Virus record (IMG/VR): IMGVR_UViG_3300022746_000016
Location: 64,001 to 128,000 of that record
Source: a virus
Taxonomy: Duplodnaviria > Caudoviricetes
Reading direction: 5' to 3' (one strand)
DNA: 64,000 nucleotides
A program made the translations under genes and the position numbers. This document shows, piece by piece, positions 15,348-25,142 of this stretch (position 1 is the first letter of the stretch; the number at the start of each line of letters is the position of its first letter). The notes below the pieces were generated by a model, which did not search any database, was not told where the DNA came from, and saw nothing but the letters and a program-made list of their open reading frames with translations.

Positions 15348-15536
15348 TTAAGCCTTAAACTTAGCTTCACCACGGAAGAACATACCCAACACAACCACAG
15401 CACACCAAGTATCAAACGACACTGGAATTGCAGCAACTGGGAACAACATGTTCACTGACCAGATAACAGCCAAGGGGAACAACACGACCAATGCAATGGC
15501 CATCAACAAAATCAAAATTTTACCCATAATAATCAC
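15348..15536 (-). CDS. Small membrane protein
   Basis: Two hydrophobic segments. Confidence 0.65.
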   Translation of the reverse strand: MIIMGKILILLMAIALVVLFPLAVIWSVNMLFPVAAIPVSFDTWCAVVVLGMFFRGEAKFKA

Positions 15537-15539
15537 CTT

Positions 15540-15806
15540 TTAAAAAGAAATAACTGACATCAAACGGAAAGAGCGCCATTCACCTTTGTCGAGATCGAAT
15601 GCCCGAACAGCGGATCCAACAGTGCTGGCACTTTGCGCCTCTGTTGACTTTGGTCGCTTGTCGAGTGGAATTTTAGACTCGACAAGGGTGCATCGCATGG
15701 TACGCTCTGTACCATCGGCTTTTGTGAATTTGACGGTTGCTTCGTCAGTGCGCAGTTTTTCAAGAATTGCCTCTTTTAGTGGATCAAGGTTAATATCACT
15801 CATCAA
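15540..15806 (-). CDS. WYL-like/SH3 beta-barrel protein
   Basis: VKFTKADGTERTMRCT...FDLDKGEWRSFR. Confidence 0.8.
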   Translation of the reverse strand: MMSDINLDPLKEAILEKLRTDEATVKFTKADGTERTMRCTLVESKIPLDKRPKSTEAQSASTVGSAVRAFDLDKGEWRSFRLMSVISF

Positions 15807-16032
15807 ATCTTTCCTTCATATTATATAAAAACGGTTTAAAAAACTCTTCAAATTCACGGTTAGTGAAGAACATCTGGTACTTGTTGTCTAGAATGTAATC
15901 ACCAGTATCATCAGGCAGTTGTTTTCGAAGTGTAACCTCAATGACATCATAGTCGTGTTCGATCACATCAACGCTAGTCATAAGACCAGCACGAAACAAC
16001 TCACCCTTGTAAAGAACTTTGCTCTCTTTCAT
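15796..16032 (-). CDS. Hypothetical protein
   Basis: ORF in operon. Confidence 0.6.
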   Translation of the reverse strand: MKESKVLYKGELFRAGLMTSVDVIEHDYDVIEVTLRKQLPDDTGDYILDNKYQMFFTNREFEEFFKPFLYNMKERFDE

Positions 16033-16144
16033 AAGACTCTTTCTTGTGTTTAGCTTTGCGTGTGTACTTAACCTTGCTCTCAACTACACGCATGCGGTAC
16101 TTGGGAGTTCGAAGGTCTTTTGCGACCAGATCTCTAGGTTTCAT
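16001..16144 (-). CDS. Small basic protein, ArfA-like
   Basis: Manual ORF MKPRDLVAKDLRTPKYRMRVVESKVKYTRKAKHKKESYEREQSSLQG. Confidence 0.55.
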   Translation of the reverse strand: MKPRDLVAKDLRTPKYRMRVVESKVKYTRKAKHKKESYEREQSSLQG

Positions 16145-16182
16145 ACTTTTATTATACGCCATAACTTTTTACAAAGCAACTT

Positions 16183-16341
16183 TCATTGTAGTGTCTCGTG
16201 AGTTGCAAACGGTGTTACCCTGTCTGCGATTAGTTCAAAAAGTAGTTCTTCTACTTCTTGTAATTCTTCCATGGTGACTGCCGTTGCAGGTAGTTCACCA
16301 GCCATAACCTTTAGCATTACTGCTTGACGATCTTCTGTCAT
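16183..16341 (-). CDS. Hypothetical protein
   Basis: ORF in operon. Confidence 0.55.
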   Translation of the reverse strand: MTEDRQAVMLKVMAGELPATAVTMEELQEVEELLFELIADRVTPFATHETLQ

Positions 16342-16342
16342 C

Positions 16343-16606
16343 TTATTTCCCGATGTTGGACCACTTGGCAAGTTTTTGTTTCTTAGCTACACCAGCTTGT
16401 GCAACAGCCTGTCCATCGACGATACCTCTCTCGATCATCAATTCAATCATACAAAGCAAGTCACCAAGTTCTTCTTCTAGGTGTTGCTTGTTAGATTTAC
16501 CATTGTGTTCGCTGTCCATACCGAAACGAAATACCTTGCTAATCGCTTGGGTTACTTCGGCACATTCTTCTTGTCCGATAAGCAAAATCTCATCTGTCTC
16601 ATTCAT
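16343..16606 (-). CDS. MazG-like NTP pyrophosphohydrolase
   Basis: EECAEV...EELGDL. Confidence 0.8.
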   Translation of the reverse strand: MNETDEILLIGQEECAEVTQAISKVFRFGMDSEHNGKSNKQHLEEELGDLLCMIELMIERGIVDGQAVAQAGVAKKQKLAKWSNIGK

Positions 16607-16985
16607 ACAATTCTCCAATGTCATATTCAAAACGATCTGCCATACGCTTCAGAGTTTCCTCTGGAACGTTGTGAACAGAACCGAATGAGTTCTGACACAG
16701 AATAACAGTTGGAATTATACCAAATTCTTTTGCAATGTCAAAGTAAGGTTGTAACTCTTTCTTAGTAGTGAATGTGTTAGACACTACAGGAGAGAAGCCA
16801 CGAGTCAACAGCTTGCGTGTTTCATCTTGACACCACTTGTGGGCTTCGCCCAGCTTCGCTACATCGAATGCGTAGTCTTTTCCCCAGAACTGGTCTGTTT
16901 CCAGATGCCAGTACCATCCGATCAAGTTCTTAGCTAAAGTGGACTTACCAGAACCTGGAAGACCACGAATCAATAACAGTTTCAT
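16599..16985 (-). CDS. P-loop kinase/ATPase (AAA_33-like)
   Basis: RGLPGSGKST, VVSNTF and HNVP motifs. Confidence 0.85.
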   Translation of the reverse strand: MKLLLIRGLPGSGKSTLAKNLIGWYWHLETDQFWGKDYAFDVAKLGEAHKWCQDETRKLLTRGFSPVVSNTFTTKKELQPYFDIAKEFGIIPTVILCQNSFGSVHNVPEETLKRMADRFEYDIGELYE

Positions 16986-17104
16986 ATTTATTCCTCAATG
17001 AACCCTAACACAGTGAATTATGCCCTAAGTCAAGTGTTTTGTCAAGGGATAAATGAAAACCCCTCTTTGCAGAGGGGTTATTCTGGTTAGAGAAAACTAA
17101 AGTA

Positions 17105-17641
17105 TTACAGTGGTAACCAGAGCCACATACCTTGCGTCATTAGGAATAATGCAAGAGCACCCACACCCCAAGATCCCCAGTACATACGAATGTCAACTGC
17201 AATGATAGAAGCAGACAAGAGTACGATTGCAAGTTGGAATAGCATTCCAGAGAAAGTCAACCATGGGCTATGTAACTTAGCCTCGTTGCGCATTTCCTTT
17301 AGATGTTGAGCCTTTGCAAGAAGTTCTTTCTTACCTTCCATTGACTTTGGATCAGACTCATAACGATCAATCTTCTTTTGTAGTGCAGCTTTACGTTCTG
17401 GACTCTTGGCTTCTTCGAGTTGACCTTCAGCAATAGCTTGCTTAATAGACTTAGCTTGGAAGAAACCATAAGTGTCGGATGCTTCGATCAAGTTAGTCAT
17501 TGCAGCACCGCTGAATGAGTTTGAGTAGTAAGTGTTCAATGCTAGGAACAGTGCCATAACAACGATTACTAAACCTGCTTTGTCTTTGATTGCGGCTTCA
17601 CGTTCGCTACGTGTTGGTGCCTTTTTGATTTCTTCTGCCAT
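17105..17641 (-). CDS. DUF4337-like membrane protein
   Basis: FFQAKSIK and QLAIVLLS motifs, TM segments. Confidence 0.7.
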   Translation of the reverse strand: MAEEIKKAPTRSEREAAIKDKAGLVIVVMALFLALNTYYSNSFSGAAMTNLIEASDTYGFFQAKSIKQAIAEGQLEEAKSPERKAALQKKIDRYESDPKSMEGKKELLAKAQHLKEMRNEAKLHSPWLTFSGMLFQLAIVLLSASIIAVDIRMYWGSWGVGALALFLMTQGMWLWLPL

Positions 17642-17816
17642 TTATTACCTCATGTTTTCTTTTATTTATTACTTGATGAAATCCATCACCTTTGATACTA
17701 CAACTGCCAAGCCTACGCAGAATAATACTCCAACTGCTCCCATAACCATTACTAAACCAGCAGCCAGAGCCAAACTGTATTCCATTAGATCATCCCAATT
17801 CTTTTTAAGAGACATC

Positions 17817-18608
17817 TTATCTTCCTGTCCATATCTTTGGAGCAGCTTCTATTCTTCGCTGCTCTTCTGTCTTAGGTATCCACTCAGTACCTAGATGCGG
17901 GTACTTCTTAATTCTATCATCAATCACATATACGAATAGCGACCCGATGAATATAGCTACTAGCAGACCACCGATACCGATAGCGATCTCAGCGCGTAGC
18001 TTTTGCATTCTATGTTTTCTTCTCTTTTCAGTGCGTTCTTGATCGCGCATCTGTTTGGCGATAAGCACACGTTGGGTTTGACCCATGTGTTTCATCATAG
18101 CCTCTACTTCAGTGTAGAGTGCTCCAAGTTCAGGTGGAGATTGGTAGACCATTAGTTCACGTAGATCTACAGACATCTGTTCTAATTGCTTACGCATTAG
18201 AACACGTTGTAGGGCACGTTTACCTAGAGAGGCATCGCCAGTGTAAACTTCAGTTTCGGCGCGACGCTCTTCTTCTTCCATAATGGCCAAGCACTTGTAG
18301 AAGTTATCGTAGTAAGTACCAAGATGTTCACCGATTTCACGGTAGATACCATCGTGTTCGCCAGAGTTGGCTTTCTTGTTCAATTCACGAACTTTATTCT
18401 TTTCTTCGATGAATTGATTCTTCTGCTCTACGGTAGCAGGTTTCTCAGGTGGGTGTAATTTATGGAATTGTTCGTCAAGGTCTTTGAGAACATCTTTGAC
18501 TTCCCCAGCAGCACTCTTGATGTCTTTATAGAGCTTACACCCCTGCTTCACCGCTGCGACAGCGGAGTTGGCCAACATAAAAAGTGTTAGTGGATCCATA
18601 TCACGCAC
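17817..18608 (-). CDS. Coiled-coil membrane protein
   Basis: 263-aa ORF with C-terminal TM. Confidence 0.7.
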   Translation of the reverse strand: MRDMDPLTLFMLANSAVAAVKQGCKLYKDIKSAAGEVKDVLKDLDEQFHKLHPPEKPATVEQKNQFIEEKNKVRELNKKANSGEHDGIYREIGEHLGTYYDNFYKCLAIMEEEERRAETEVYTGDASLGKRALQRVLMRKQLEQMSVDLRELMVYQSPPELGALYTEVEAMMKHMGQTQRVLIAKQMRDQERTEKRRKHRMQKLRAEIAIGIGGLLVAIFIGSLFVYVIDDRIKKYPHLGTEWIPKTEEQRRIEAAPKIWTGR

Positions 18609-18745
18609 CCTCGGTGATAGGAATAATGTTTTGTTGTGGTGTTATCGAATCAGAAACGATTGATATAGACATGACAAAAAGACCACAACCGTGATCTTTT
18701 TTGCGCATTGCAAGCCTTTAAGTTGTAAACTAAGCTACAACATAT

Positions 18746-19930
18746 TTAGGATTTTGGTTGTTGCAACTCTTCTACTTCGGATTCAATAGTCTTGATTTCC
18801 ACGCCTGCAGCACCCTTAACCTTATTCAAGAATGATTGTGCTCTAGAGCCGACATTCTCTTCGGTATTCTTAGGGTAGTTCTTAGCATAGAGTGCAGGCT
18901 CCCAGTCTTTAGACGGTTCTTCAACAGTTAGTTCAAGTTCATCTTCGGGGTCAACTACCATCTCATTGTTGATTAGAGCAATATTCTCTTCGGCTTCTTT
19001 AGCAGCTGCAATCAACGATTTGGCAGGTTCTGGTAACTCATCTTCTTCGTCAGAATCTGATGAAAGACGTGTATGATCAATACCTTCCCATACAACCTTT
19101 TCTTCAGCCGTTGGTGGCTCACCTACATCAGCTACGTATGGGTCTGGTAATCGATAATCGTCTTCAGGCTCTGGAACTTTAGCATCTTTTCTCTTCATAT
19201 TCCAGTTAGCTGCGATCAATAGAAGAACTGCCAGTGGATCGAACACAGCAACGATCATCATAGTAACGAATCGAACTGCCTTTTCGAGGATGTCATCGGT
19301 TGGAGTACCTTCGTAGATTACAGCTGCAATGTACTTGATTGGACCTACTTCAGCCTCAACCTTTCGTACCTCAGAAGCGATGGGCGCACGCTGCTCTTGT
19401 AAGGCAGCAAGGTTAGTCTGTGATTTGGATATTTCCGAAGCCAATTGACCACGTTCTTTCTGCTGCGATCTACGCAGAGATGCTGCTTTAGTGGCACCGT
19501 TTTCATTATCTGTGCGTGCCATTGTTTGGTCAACAGCCTCGTCCATCTGTTTAAGAGCCTTACGGTTTGCATCAATATTATCCTTCTCAGTTTTAATCTT
19601 CTCATCAACGATACTCAACTTAGCCATAACATCACCAGATGGGACAGCCTGATCCAAGTGAGCCTTTGATAAGAATCCAAAGATACCCATTGAAGTTAAG
19701 AACATCAAAATTAGTAGAGAGATCGTGAAGTAGGTTTTCATCAGTACTGGAATTTCTTTCCAGTTACGATATAACCAAGATGCGATTACAAGTTTAGCTG
19801 CACCTAGCAGACCACCCATAATTGCGATAGGAATTGGAGCTGATGCGAAGATAGCCATTAGACCGACAATGGCGTACCATTCGGCGACTGTGGATAAACC
19901 TAATGCGATAGCGAAAAGTAAATATGTCAT
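18746..19930 (-). CDS. Multi-pass membrane/coiled-coil protein
   Basis: TSMGIFGFLSKAH, EVGPIKYIA and FDPLAV motifs. Confidence 0.8.
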   Translation of the reverse strand: MTYLLFAIALGLSTVAEWYAIVGLMAIFASAPIPIAIMGGLLGAAKLVIASWLYRNWKEIPVLMKTYFTISLLILMFLTSMGIFGFLSKAHLDQAVPSGDVMAKLSIVDEKIKTEKDNIDANRKALKQMDEAVDQTMARTDNENGATKAASLRRSQQKERGQLASEISKSQTNLAALQEQRAPIASEVRKVEAEVGPIKYIAAVIYEGTPTDDILEKAVRFVTMMIVAVFDPLAVLLLIAANWNMKRKDAKVPEPEDDYRLPDPYVADVGEPPTAEEKVVWEGIDHTRLSSDSDEEDELPEPAKSLIAAAKEAEENIALINNEMVVDPEDELELTVEEPSKDWEPALYAKNYPKNTEENVGSRAQSFLNKVKGAAGVEIKTIESEVEELQQPKS

Positions 19931-20352
19931 AATTTATTCTTGATATGAGAACCATGGACTCGGACAGAAATCTGCCCATTGTAGTAGTCGTCTGATTCTA
20001 ATACTCTCCTTGAAAATTGTTCTCTTGCCTCAATGTAAGAGCACTCAGCTTTGGACTTACAAAAGAAAAGAATCTCACGAGTGAAGTTTTCCTTCCCGAG
20101 AGACTCTACGTCTTTATTTAGCTCGATACTTGAACCATAGTAGTCCATCCAATCAGAGTCGATCTTCGACTTGATCTTCTTTTTCTTCTTCACACCATTT
20201 TTCTGAGTAACCATTTTATAGGTTGTCTTAGAAAACTTGGCTAACTTCTTCCCAACGTACATACGACTGCTGGCTTTGTTCGTAATTAAATAAACAAAGC
20301 CAACACAGTCTTCTGGTAATGATTCAACGATAACGTTATTAAATGTCCACAT
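19927..20352 (-). CDS. GIY-YIG family nuclease
   Basis: GFVYLITN...YVGKK...YYGSS...YYN. Confidence 0.75.
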   Translation of the reverse strand: MWTFNNVIVESLPEDCVGFVYLITNKASSRMYVGKKLAKFSKTTYKMVTQKNGVKKKKKIKSKIDSDWMDYYGSSIELNKDVESLGKENFTREILFFCKSKAECSYIEAREQFSRRVLESDDYYNGQISVRVHGSHIKNKL

Positions 20353-20365
20353 AGTGGACTATTTA

Positions 20366-21328
20366 TTACTTGTTATAGTATCTAGAATCCCTCAACCACT
20401 CATAGTAGCGAACGAATCCTTCTTCGACATCAACCTTTGGATCGAACCCGAATGTAGTTCTAGCCTTCGTGATATCTAAAGCACCACGTGAAGGAAAGTC
20501 TGCATCCTTATCTCGAACTTCGATGCTACCCTTACCAGCCAATTTAACAGCCATCTGAGCAGCTTGATGTAGAGAAACACTATGACTCTTAGTGATATTG
20601 TAAGTGCCACCGTATGCTTCTTCACAGAGAGCAGCAGCAACGATACCATCAGCTGCATCGTCAACGTAAGTAAAGTCTAGAACCTCGTGAACACCATTAA
20701 CCTTAAGAACTCCACCGCGCATTGCAGTGAGTAAGAACTTAGAGATAACACGGTCTTCAACGTCCAGTGGTCCATACACAGCAGATGGACGAATAGTGAT
20801 AGACTTCAACAAACCTTTACGTTCGTAGTCTTGCACTAACTTCTCACCCATGTACTTCATAATACCATACTGTCCTTCTGGCTTACAGATGGCGTCTTCC
20901 TTTACATTGTCTTTGAACTCACCGTAAATCATACTTGAGCTAATGTAGAGGAATTTATCAATACCATTAGCAACAGAAGTCTCAAGAAGATTAAGCAAAC
21001 CCTCGCACATAGTCTTTGCGCCCAGTTGTGGGTTTGAGTTTACTACCTTTTGTCGAGGGAAACTCGCCAGATGCATAACAACATCTGGCTTGTGAGTTGC
21101 CATAACAAAATCCATATCATCAGAATTTGAGATATCGTATGGATAGATTACTGTATAAGGAGCGATCTTCTTCATACGTTCTTCCATCAAATGATCAATC
21201 TCAGCTTGTGGGATGATACCGTATGTAGTTCTCGTATCAACGATAACAACTTCATGTCCCAATGATTGCAGTCGTTGAACTACATTGTGACCAATCAAAC
21301 CCAACCCACCAGTTACCAAAATTTTCAT
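20366..21328 (-). CDS. NAD-dependent epimerase/dehydratase
   Basis: TGGLGLIG, YGIMK and DFTYVDD motifs. Confidence 0.92.
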   Translation of the reverse strand: MKILVTGGLGLIGHNVVQRLQSLGHEVVIVDTRTTYGIIPQAEIDHLMEERMKKIAPYTVIYPYDISNSDDMDFVMATHKPDVVMHLASFPRQKVVNSNPQLGAKTMCEGLLNLLETSVANGIDKFLYISSSMIYGEFKDNVKEDAICKPEGQYGIMKYMGEKLVQDYERKGLLKSITIRPSAVYGPLDVEDRVISKFLLTAMRGGVLKVNGVHEVLDFTYVDDAADGIVAAALCEEAYGGTYNITKSHSVSLHQAAQMAVKLAGKGSIEVRDKDADFPSRGALDITKARTTFGFDPKVDVEEGFVRYYEWLRDSRYYNK

Positions 21329-21480
21329 TATTGTTCCTCGTCGAACTCTTCTTCTTCATAGATGTCTGCTGAACAAACTGGACAGTAGACGATATCAGAT
21401 AGATTGTGATCGTCACCCTTTACGACGATCTTACCTGTTGCCTCACAGCTGTTGCATTCGAAATGTTTTGTGACTGCCAT
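21328..21480 (-). CDS. Small zinc-ribbon protein
   Basis: CxxC...CPVC. Confidence 0.65.
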   Translation of the reverse strand: MAVTKHFECNSCEATGKIVVKGDDHNLSDIVYCPVCSADIYEEEEFDEEQ

Positions 21481-22472
21481 TATTTTGCCTTTCCCCATAC
21501 GTCGTCCCACGTACCACCAAGCGCACCTTTAGCATAGTCGGTTACACGATTTTCGAAGAAGTTACCATGCACAGGTGCATTGATCATCTCTTCGACCCAT
21601 GGTAGCGGGTTCTTTTTAACTTTGAAAATACCCTTCATTCCTAATGAGATTAGGCGACGGTCTGCGATATAACGAATGTACTGCTTAACTTCTGCTGCTG
21701 TTAGATCACGCATGTCAGCACCAGCGAAAGATAGATCAATAAACTTATCTTCAAGTTCAACCATCTTTTCAGCGATTGTATATATCTTTCCCTTTAGTTC
21801 ATCGTTCCAGATCTCTGGATTCTCTTTAATGAACTCTTTGAATAGACGAATCATATTCTCGGCATGCATTGTTTCGTCAACGATAGACCAAGTAACGATC
21901 TGTCCCATACCCTTCATCAAACCATGACGAGGAAAGTTCAACAACATAATGAATGAAGAGAACAGTTGCATACCTTCAGTGAATGCAGAGAACACAGCGA
22001 TATGTTCTGCAGTAGATGCCAATGTTCCATTACGAGAAGACAACTCAGTTACATAGTCGTGCTTGTCTTTCATCTCTTGGTATTCCAAGAACTCATTATA
22101 AGTCGACTCAGGCATACCCAAGGTTTCGATCAAGTGAGAGTAAGCAGCGATGTGCAACCCTTCACGTGCAGCGAAACCAAGAAGCATCATCCTAACTTCA
22201 GGCTGAGGAAAATAGGGAAGGTAATTATTAACGTAACCACCAGCAACGTCAATGTCACCCTGAGTAAAGAATCTAAAAATGTTAGTAAGGAATTTCTTTT
22301 CTTCATTTGTTAGTTTTTTCTTCCAGTCTTTTACGTCTTCCATCATTGGCACTTCGGTGTGCAACCAATGTGCCTGTTCGTGTTTTAACCATGCGTCATA
22401 TGCCCATGGGTAGTTGAACGGTTTGAAGTGAGTACGCTCATCCGTCAATCTACTATTACTCTTCTTTACCAT
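21480..22472 (-). CDS. nrdB: Ribonucleotide reductase class I beta subunit
   Basis: FFTQGD, EGLH, EGMQLFSSF, DETMH and NFFE motifs. Confidence 0.95.
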   Translation of the reverse strand: MVKKSNSRLTDERTHFKPFNYPWAYDAWLKHEQAHWLHTEVPMMEDVKDWKKKLTNEEKKFLTNIFRFFTQGDIDVAGGYVNNYLPYFPQPEVRMMLLGFAAREGLHIAAYSHLIETLGMPESTYNEFLEYQEMKDKHDYVTELSSRNGTLASTAEHIAVFSAFTEGMQLFSSFIMLLNFPRHGLMKGMGQIVTWSIVDETMHAENMIRLFKEFIKENPEIWNDELKGKIYTIAEKMVELEDKFIDLSFAGADMRDLTAAEVKQYIRYIADRRLISLGMKGIFKVKKNPLPWVEEMINAPVHGNFFENRVTDYAKGALGGTWDDVWGKAK

Positions 22473-22662
22473 CTTCTAACTCCAACATAATACCGAGTGT
22501 GGGATCCACACCGATAGATTTAACTTTTACTGCACCTTTGTCTGTATAAACATAGACTGGCACAATTATCTTTTCTTTATTCGTCTCAGCTGAATCTTGC
22601 CAGTGGAGATATTCTTCTCCCCACAGTTTTTTCATCTGAGACGATAGATCGTATGCGTCCAT
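22456..22662 (-). CDS. Hypothetical protein
   Basis: ORF between nrdA and nrdB. Confidence 0.55.
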   Translation of the reverse strand: MDAYDLSSQMKKLWGEEYLHWQDSAETNKEKIIVPVYVYTDKGAVKVKSIGVDPTLGIMLELEDGKEE

Positions 22663-24459
22663 TTAACCCTCGCAAGCAAGACAATCATTACCTTCTGTCA
22701 AAGCATGAAGGTCAATCTCTTTCATAACTTCACGTTCGATACGCTTAGAAACTTTGTCAGCCTTAGCGATCTTATCAGAACGGCAGTAGTACATAGTCTT
22801 CAATCCTTGTTTCCATGCTTGGAAATGAACTGCGTGGATGTACTTGATGTGGCTGTCTGGTCTAAAGAACACATTCAAGGACTGAGCTTGATCTATATGT
22901 ACTTGCCTATCTGCTGCATGTTGGACGACCCAGCGCTGGTCGATTTCCATAGAAGTTTTGAAAACATCTTTTGTCCACGCGTCCATCCAATCGATATGCT
23001 GAACTGAACCATCATTCGCAATGATGCTCGACCATACTTCATCTGCCCAACCCTCTTTATGATTGACTGCTTCTTTTTGAATGATTGCATCTAAGTAGCG
23101 GTTCTTGTTTAGGTGAGAACCCGATAGAGTGTCTTGGCGATAAGCATTGGCACGATAAGGTTCAATAGAAGGACTAGTATTGCCCATGAGAATGGAAGAA
23201 GAAGCATTGGGAGCAATAGCCATAAGATGACTAAAGCGATTCCCAGTACCCACTGCATCTGGCGCTTCACCTCGTTCAGATCCCAACTCTTTGTTCGCTT
23301 CATCTAATTTACCTCTTACATATGAGAAGATTTGTTTGTTCTTTCCAACAGCCAAAGAACTTTCCCATGGTAGATTGTTACGCTGTAGGAAAGCATGCCA
23401 ACCTAGTGCACCGATACCAATTGAGCGTTCACGCATAGCAGAGTATTTAGCGCGAGCAATAGAGTCGGGTGCGTTATCAATAAAATACTGAAGTACGTTA
23501 TCTAGCATCTCAGCAATGTCTTTGAGGAATAATGTGTCGTGTTTCCACTCATCATAATATTCCAAGTTCAAAGAAGACAAGCAACAAACGGCTGTTCGCT
23601 CTTCATTCGTCGGTAAGATAATCTCAGAGCAAAGATTGGACTGATGAACCTTTAACCCCAGATCCTTCAAATGCTTAGGCAGCTTACGGTTTGATTCATC
23701 AATGAAGTGGATGTATGGCTCACCAGTCTGCATGCGCATCTCAAGGATACGTTGCCATAGTTCTTTGGCTGATACAACTTCACGAACTTCGCCAGATGCT
23801 GGGTCTTTTAATTCCCATGAGTCATCAGCATGATCATCAACCATAGCACGTTCAATGATTTCCATAAAACGATCTGGAATGTTAATACCATGGTGCAGAT
23901 TCAGACAACGCATGTTTGGATCACCAGTTGGTTTACGCATTTCCAAGAAGGAGATAATATCTGGATGATCAATGTTCAGATAAGCAGCGTAAGAACCACG
24001 ACGAGTGCTGCCTTGTTTGTATGCAAGAGAAGAAGCATCATATGTCTTCAAGTGAGGCATAACACCAGTAGACTTATCGCTGGCAGAACGGATACCAAAA
24101 CCAATTCCAACACCACCGCCCATCATTGATAACCAGCTTGTTTCGCTGTAGTTATCTACTAAACCTTCGGCAGTATCTTCAATGTAGTTTAAGAAACAGG
24201 AAATTGGCAGACCACGCTTGGAACGTCCGAAAGATAAAATTGGCGTTGAATACGACAACCAGTGCTTGCTTGAATATTCGTACAGGCGCTGAGCATGCTC
24301 TGGGTTACTACCAAAAGTAGAACTAACAAACGCGAATCTCTCTTGTGGTGACGTTTCGTCATCCTTCATGTAACTTTCTTTTAATCTAATTAAACCTAAT
24401 TCATCGAACAGACTATCTCGGGTGTAGTCAACCTTTATGCCATGCACTGTTTCTTGCAT
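22663..24459 (-). CDS. nrdA: Ribonucleotide reductase class I alpha subunit
   Basis: PISCF, SNLCSE, APNASS, DQAQS and C-terminal CLAC motifs. Confidence 0.95.
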   Translation of the reverse strand: MQETVHGIKVDYTRDSLFDELGLIRLKESYMKDDETSPQERFAFVSSTFGSNPEHAQRLYEYSSKHWLSYSTPILSFGRSKRGLPISCFLNYIEDTAEGLVDNYSETSWLSMMGGGVGIGFGIRSASDKSTGVMPHLKTYDASSLAYKQGSTRRGSYAAYLNIDHPDIISFLEMRKPTGDPNMRCLNLHHGINIPDRFMEIIERAMVDDHADDSWELKDPASGEVREVVSAKELWQRILEMRMQTGEPYIHFIDESNRKLPKHLKDLGLKVHQSNLCSEIILPTNEERTAVCCLSSLNLEYYDEWKHDTLFLKDIAEMLDNVLQYFIDNAPDSIARAKYSAMRERSIGIGALGWHAFLQRNNLPWESSLAVGKNKQIFSYVRGKLDEANKELGSERGEAPDAVGTGNRFSHLMAIAPNASSSILMGNTSPSIEPYRANAYRQDTLSGSHLNKNRYLDAIIQKEAVNHKEGWADEVWSSIIANDGSVQHIDWMDAWTKDVFKTSMEIDQRWVVQHAADRQVHIDQAQSLNVFFRPDSHIKYIHAVHFQAWKQGLKTMYYCRSDKIAKADKVSKRIEREVMKEIDLHALTEGNDCLACEG

Positions 24460-24473
24460 AATGCCTCTTGTTA

Positions 24474-25142
24474 TTATTTTGTTACGAACTCATCTGCTAG
24501 AGGGAATACCTCTGCGATGACCCTTGCGCATTCTCTTGCGACTTCCATGTGTTCTTTTTGAGTACCGTTGCCACCACGGACTTGGATAAAGTGGATCCAT
24601 GAACGGATAGTACCATTCATATACAAACGAGACACAGTGTTACCTTCTGGTAAGATAGCACGCGCTTGTTCTTTTGCGATTCCTTTAGCAATAGCTTCAC
24701 CGTATGTTGTCTTGACAATGTCGATGATAAACTTTTGCTTAGCGTCCCACCATGCTTTCAATTCCGCATCATCAGTACCAACGCTATTTTGACGATTCTT
24801 TTCGTCTTGTAGTCGTGCCTCACGGAGCACAAAGTCCAAATCTTTAGTTGGATCTGCGTAACGTTGGCTGAATTCTTGGAATGAGAAAGAACGGTGGCGG
24901 AGAATCTGGCGAGCGATATCTCGAGTAGTCTCAACTTCCAAACAAGCTGACACCATTTCAAGTGGTGACCAGTGTTGGTGTTTGATGAGATACTTAATTA
25001 ACTTCTCTGATGTCTCTGTGTTGAATTGATTGCTTGGATTGGACACTCGGGCACAAAACGCAATTAACTCTTGTACGTCCATCAAACCTTCATCGTACAT
25101 CTCACGAGAGGGTTTGCTATAACTAATCATTCTGACTTTCAT
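24474..25142 (-). CDS. thyX: Flavin-dependent thymidylate synthase
   Basis: RHRSFSFQEFSQRY motif. Confidence 0.95.
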   Translation of the reverse strand: MKVRMISYSKPSREMYDEGLMDVQELIAFCARVSNPSNQFNTETSEKLIKYLIKHQHWSPLEMVSACLEVETTRDIARQILRHRSFSFQEFSQRYADPTKDLDFVLREARLQDEKNRQNSVGTDDAELKAWWDAKQKFIIDIVKTTYGEAIAKGIAKEQARAILPEGNTVSRLYMNGTIRSWIHFIQVRGGNGTQKEHMEVARECARVIAEVFPLADEFVTK

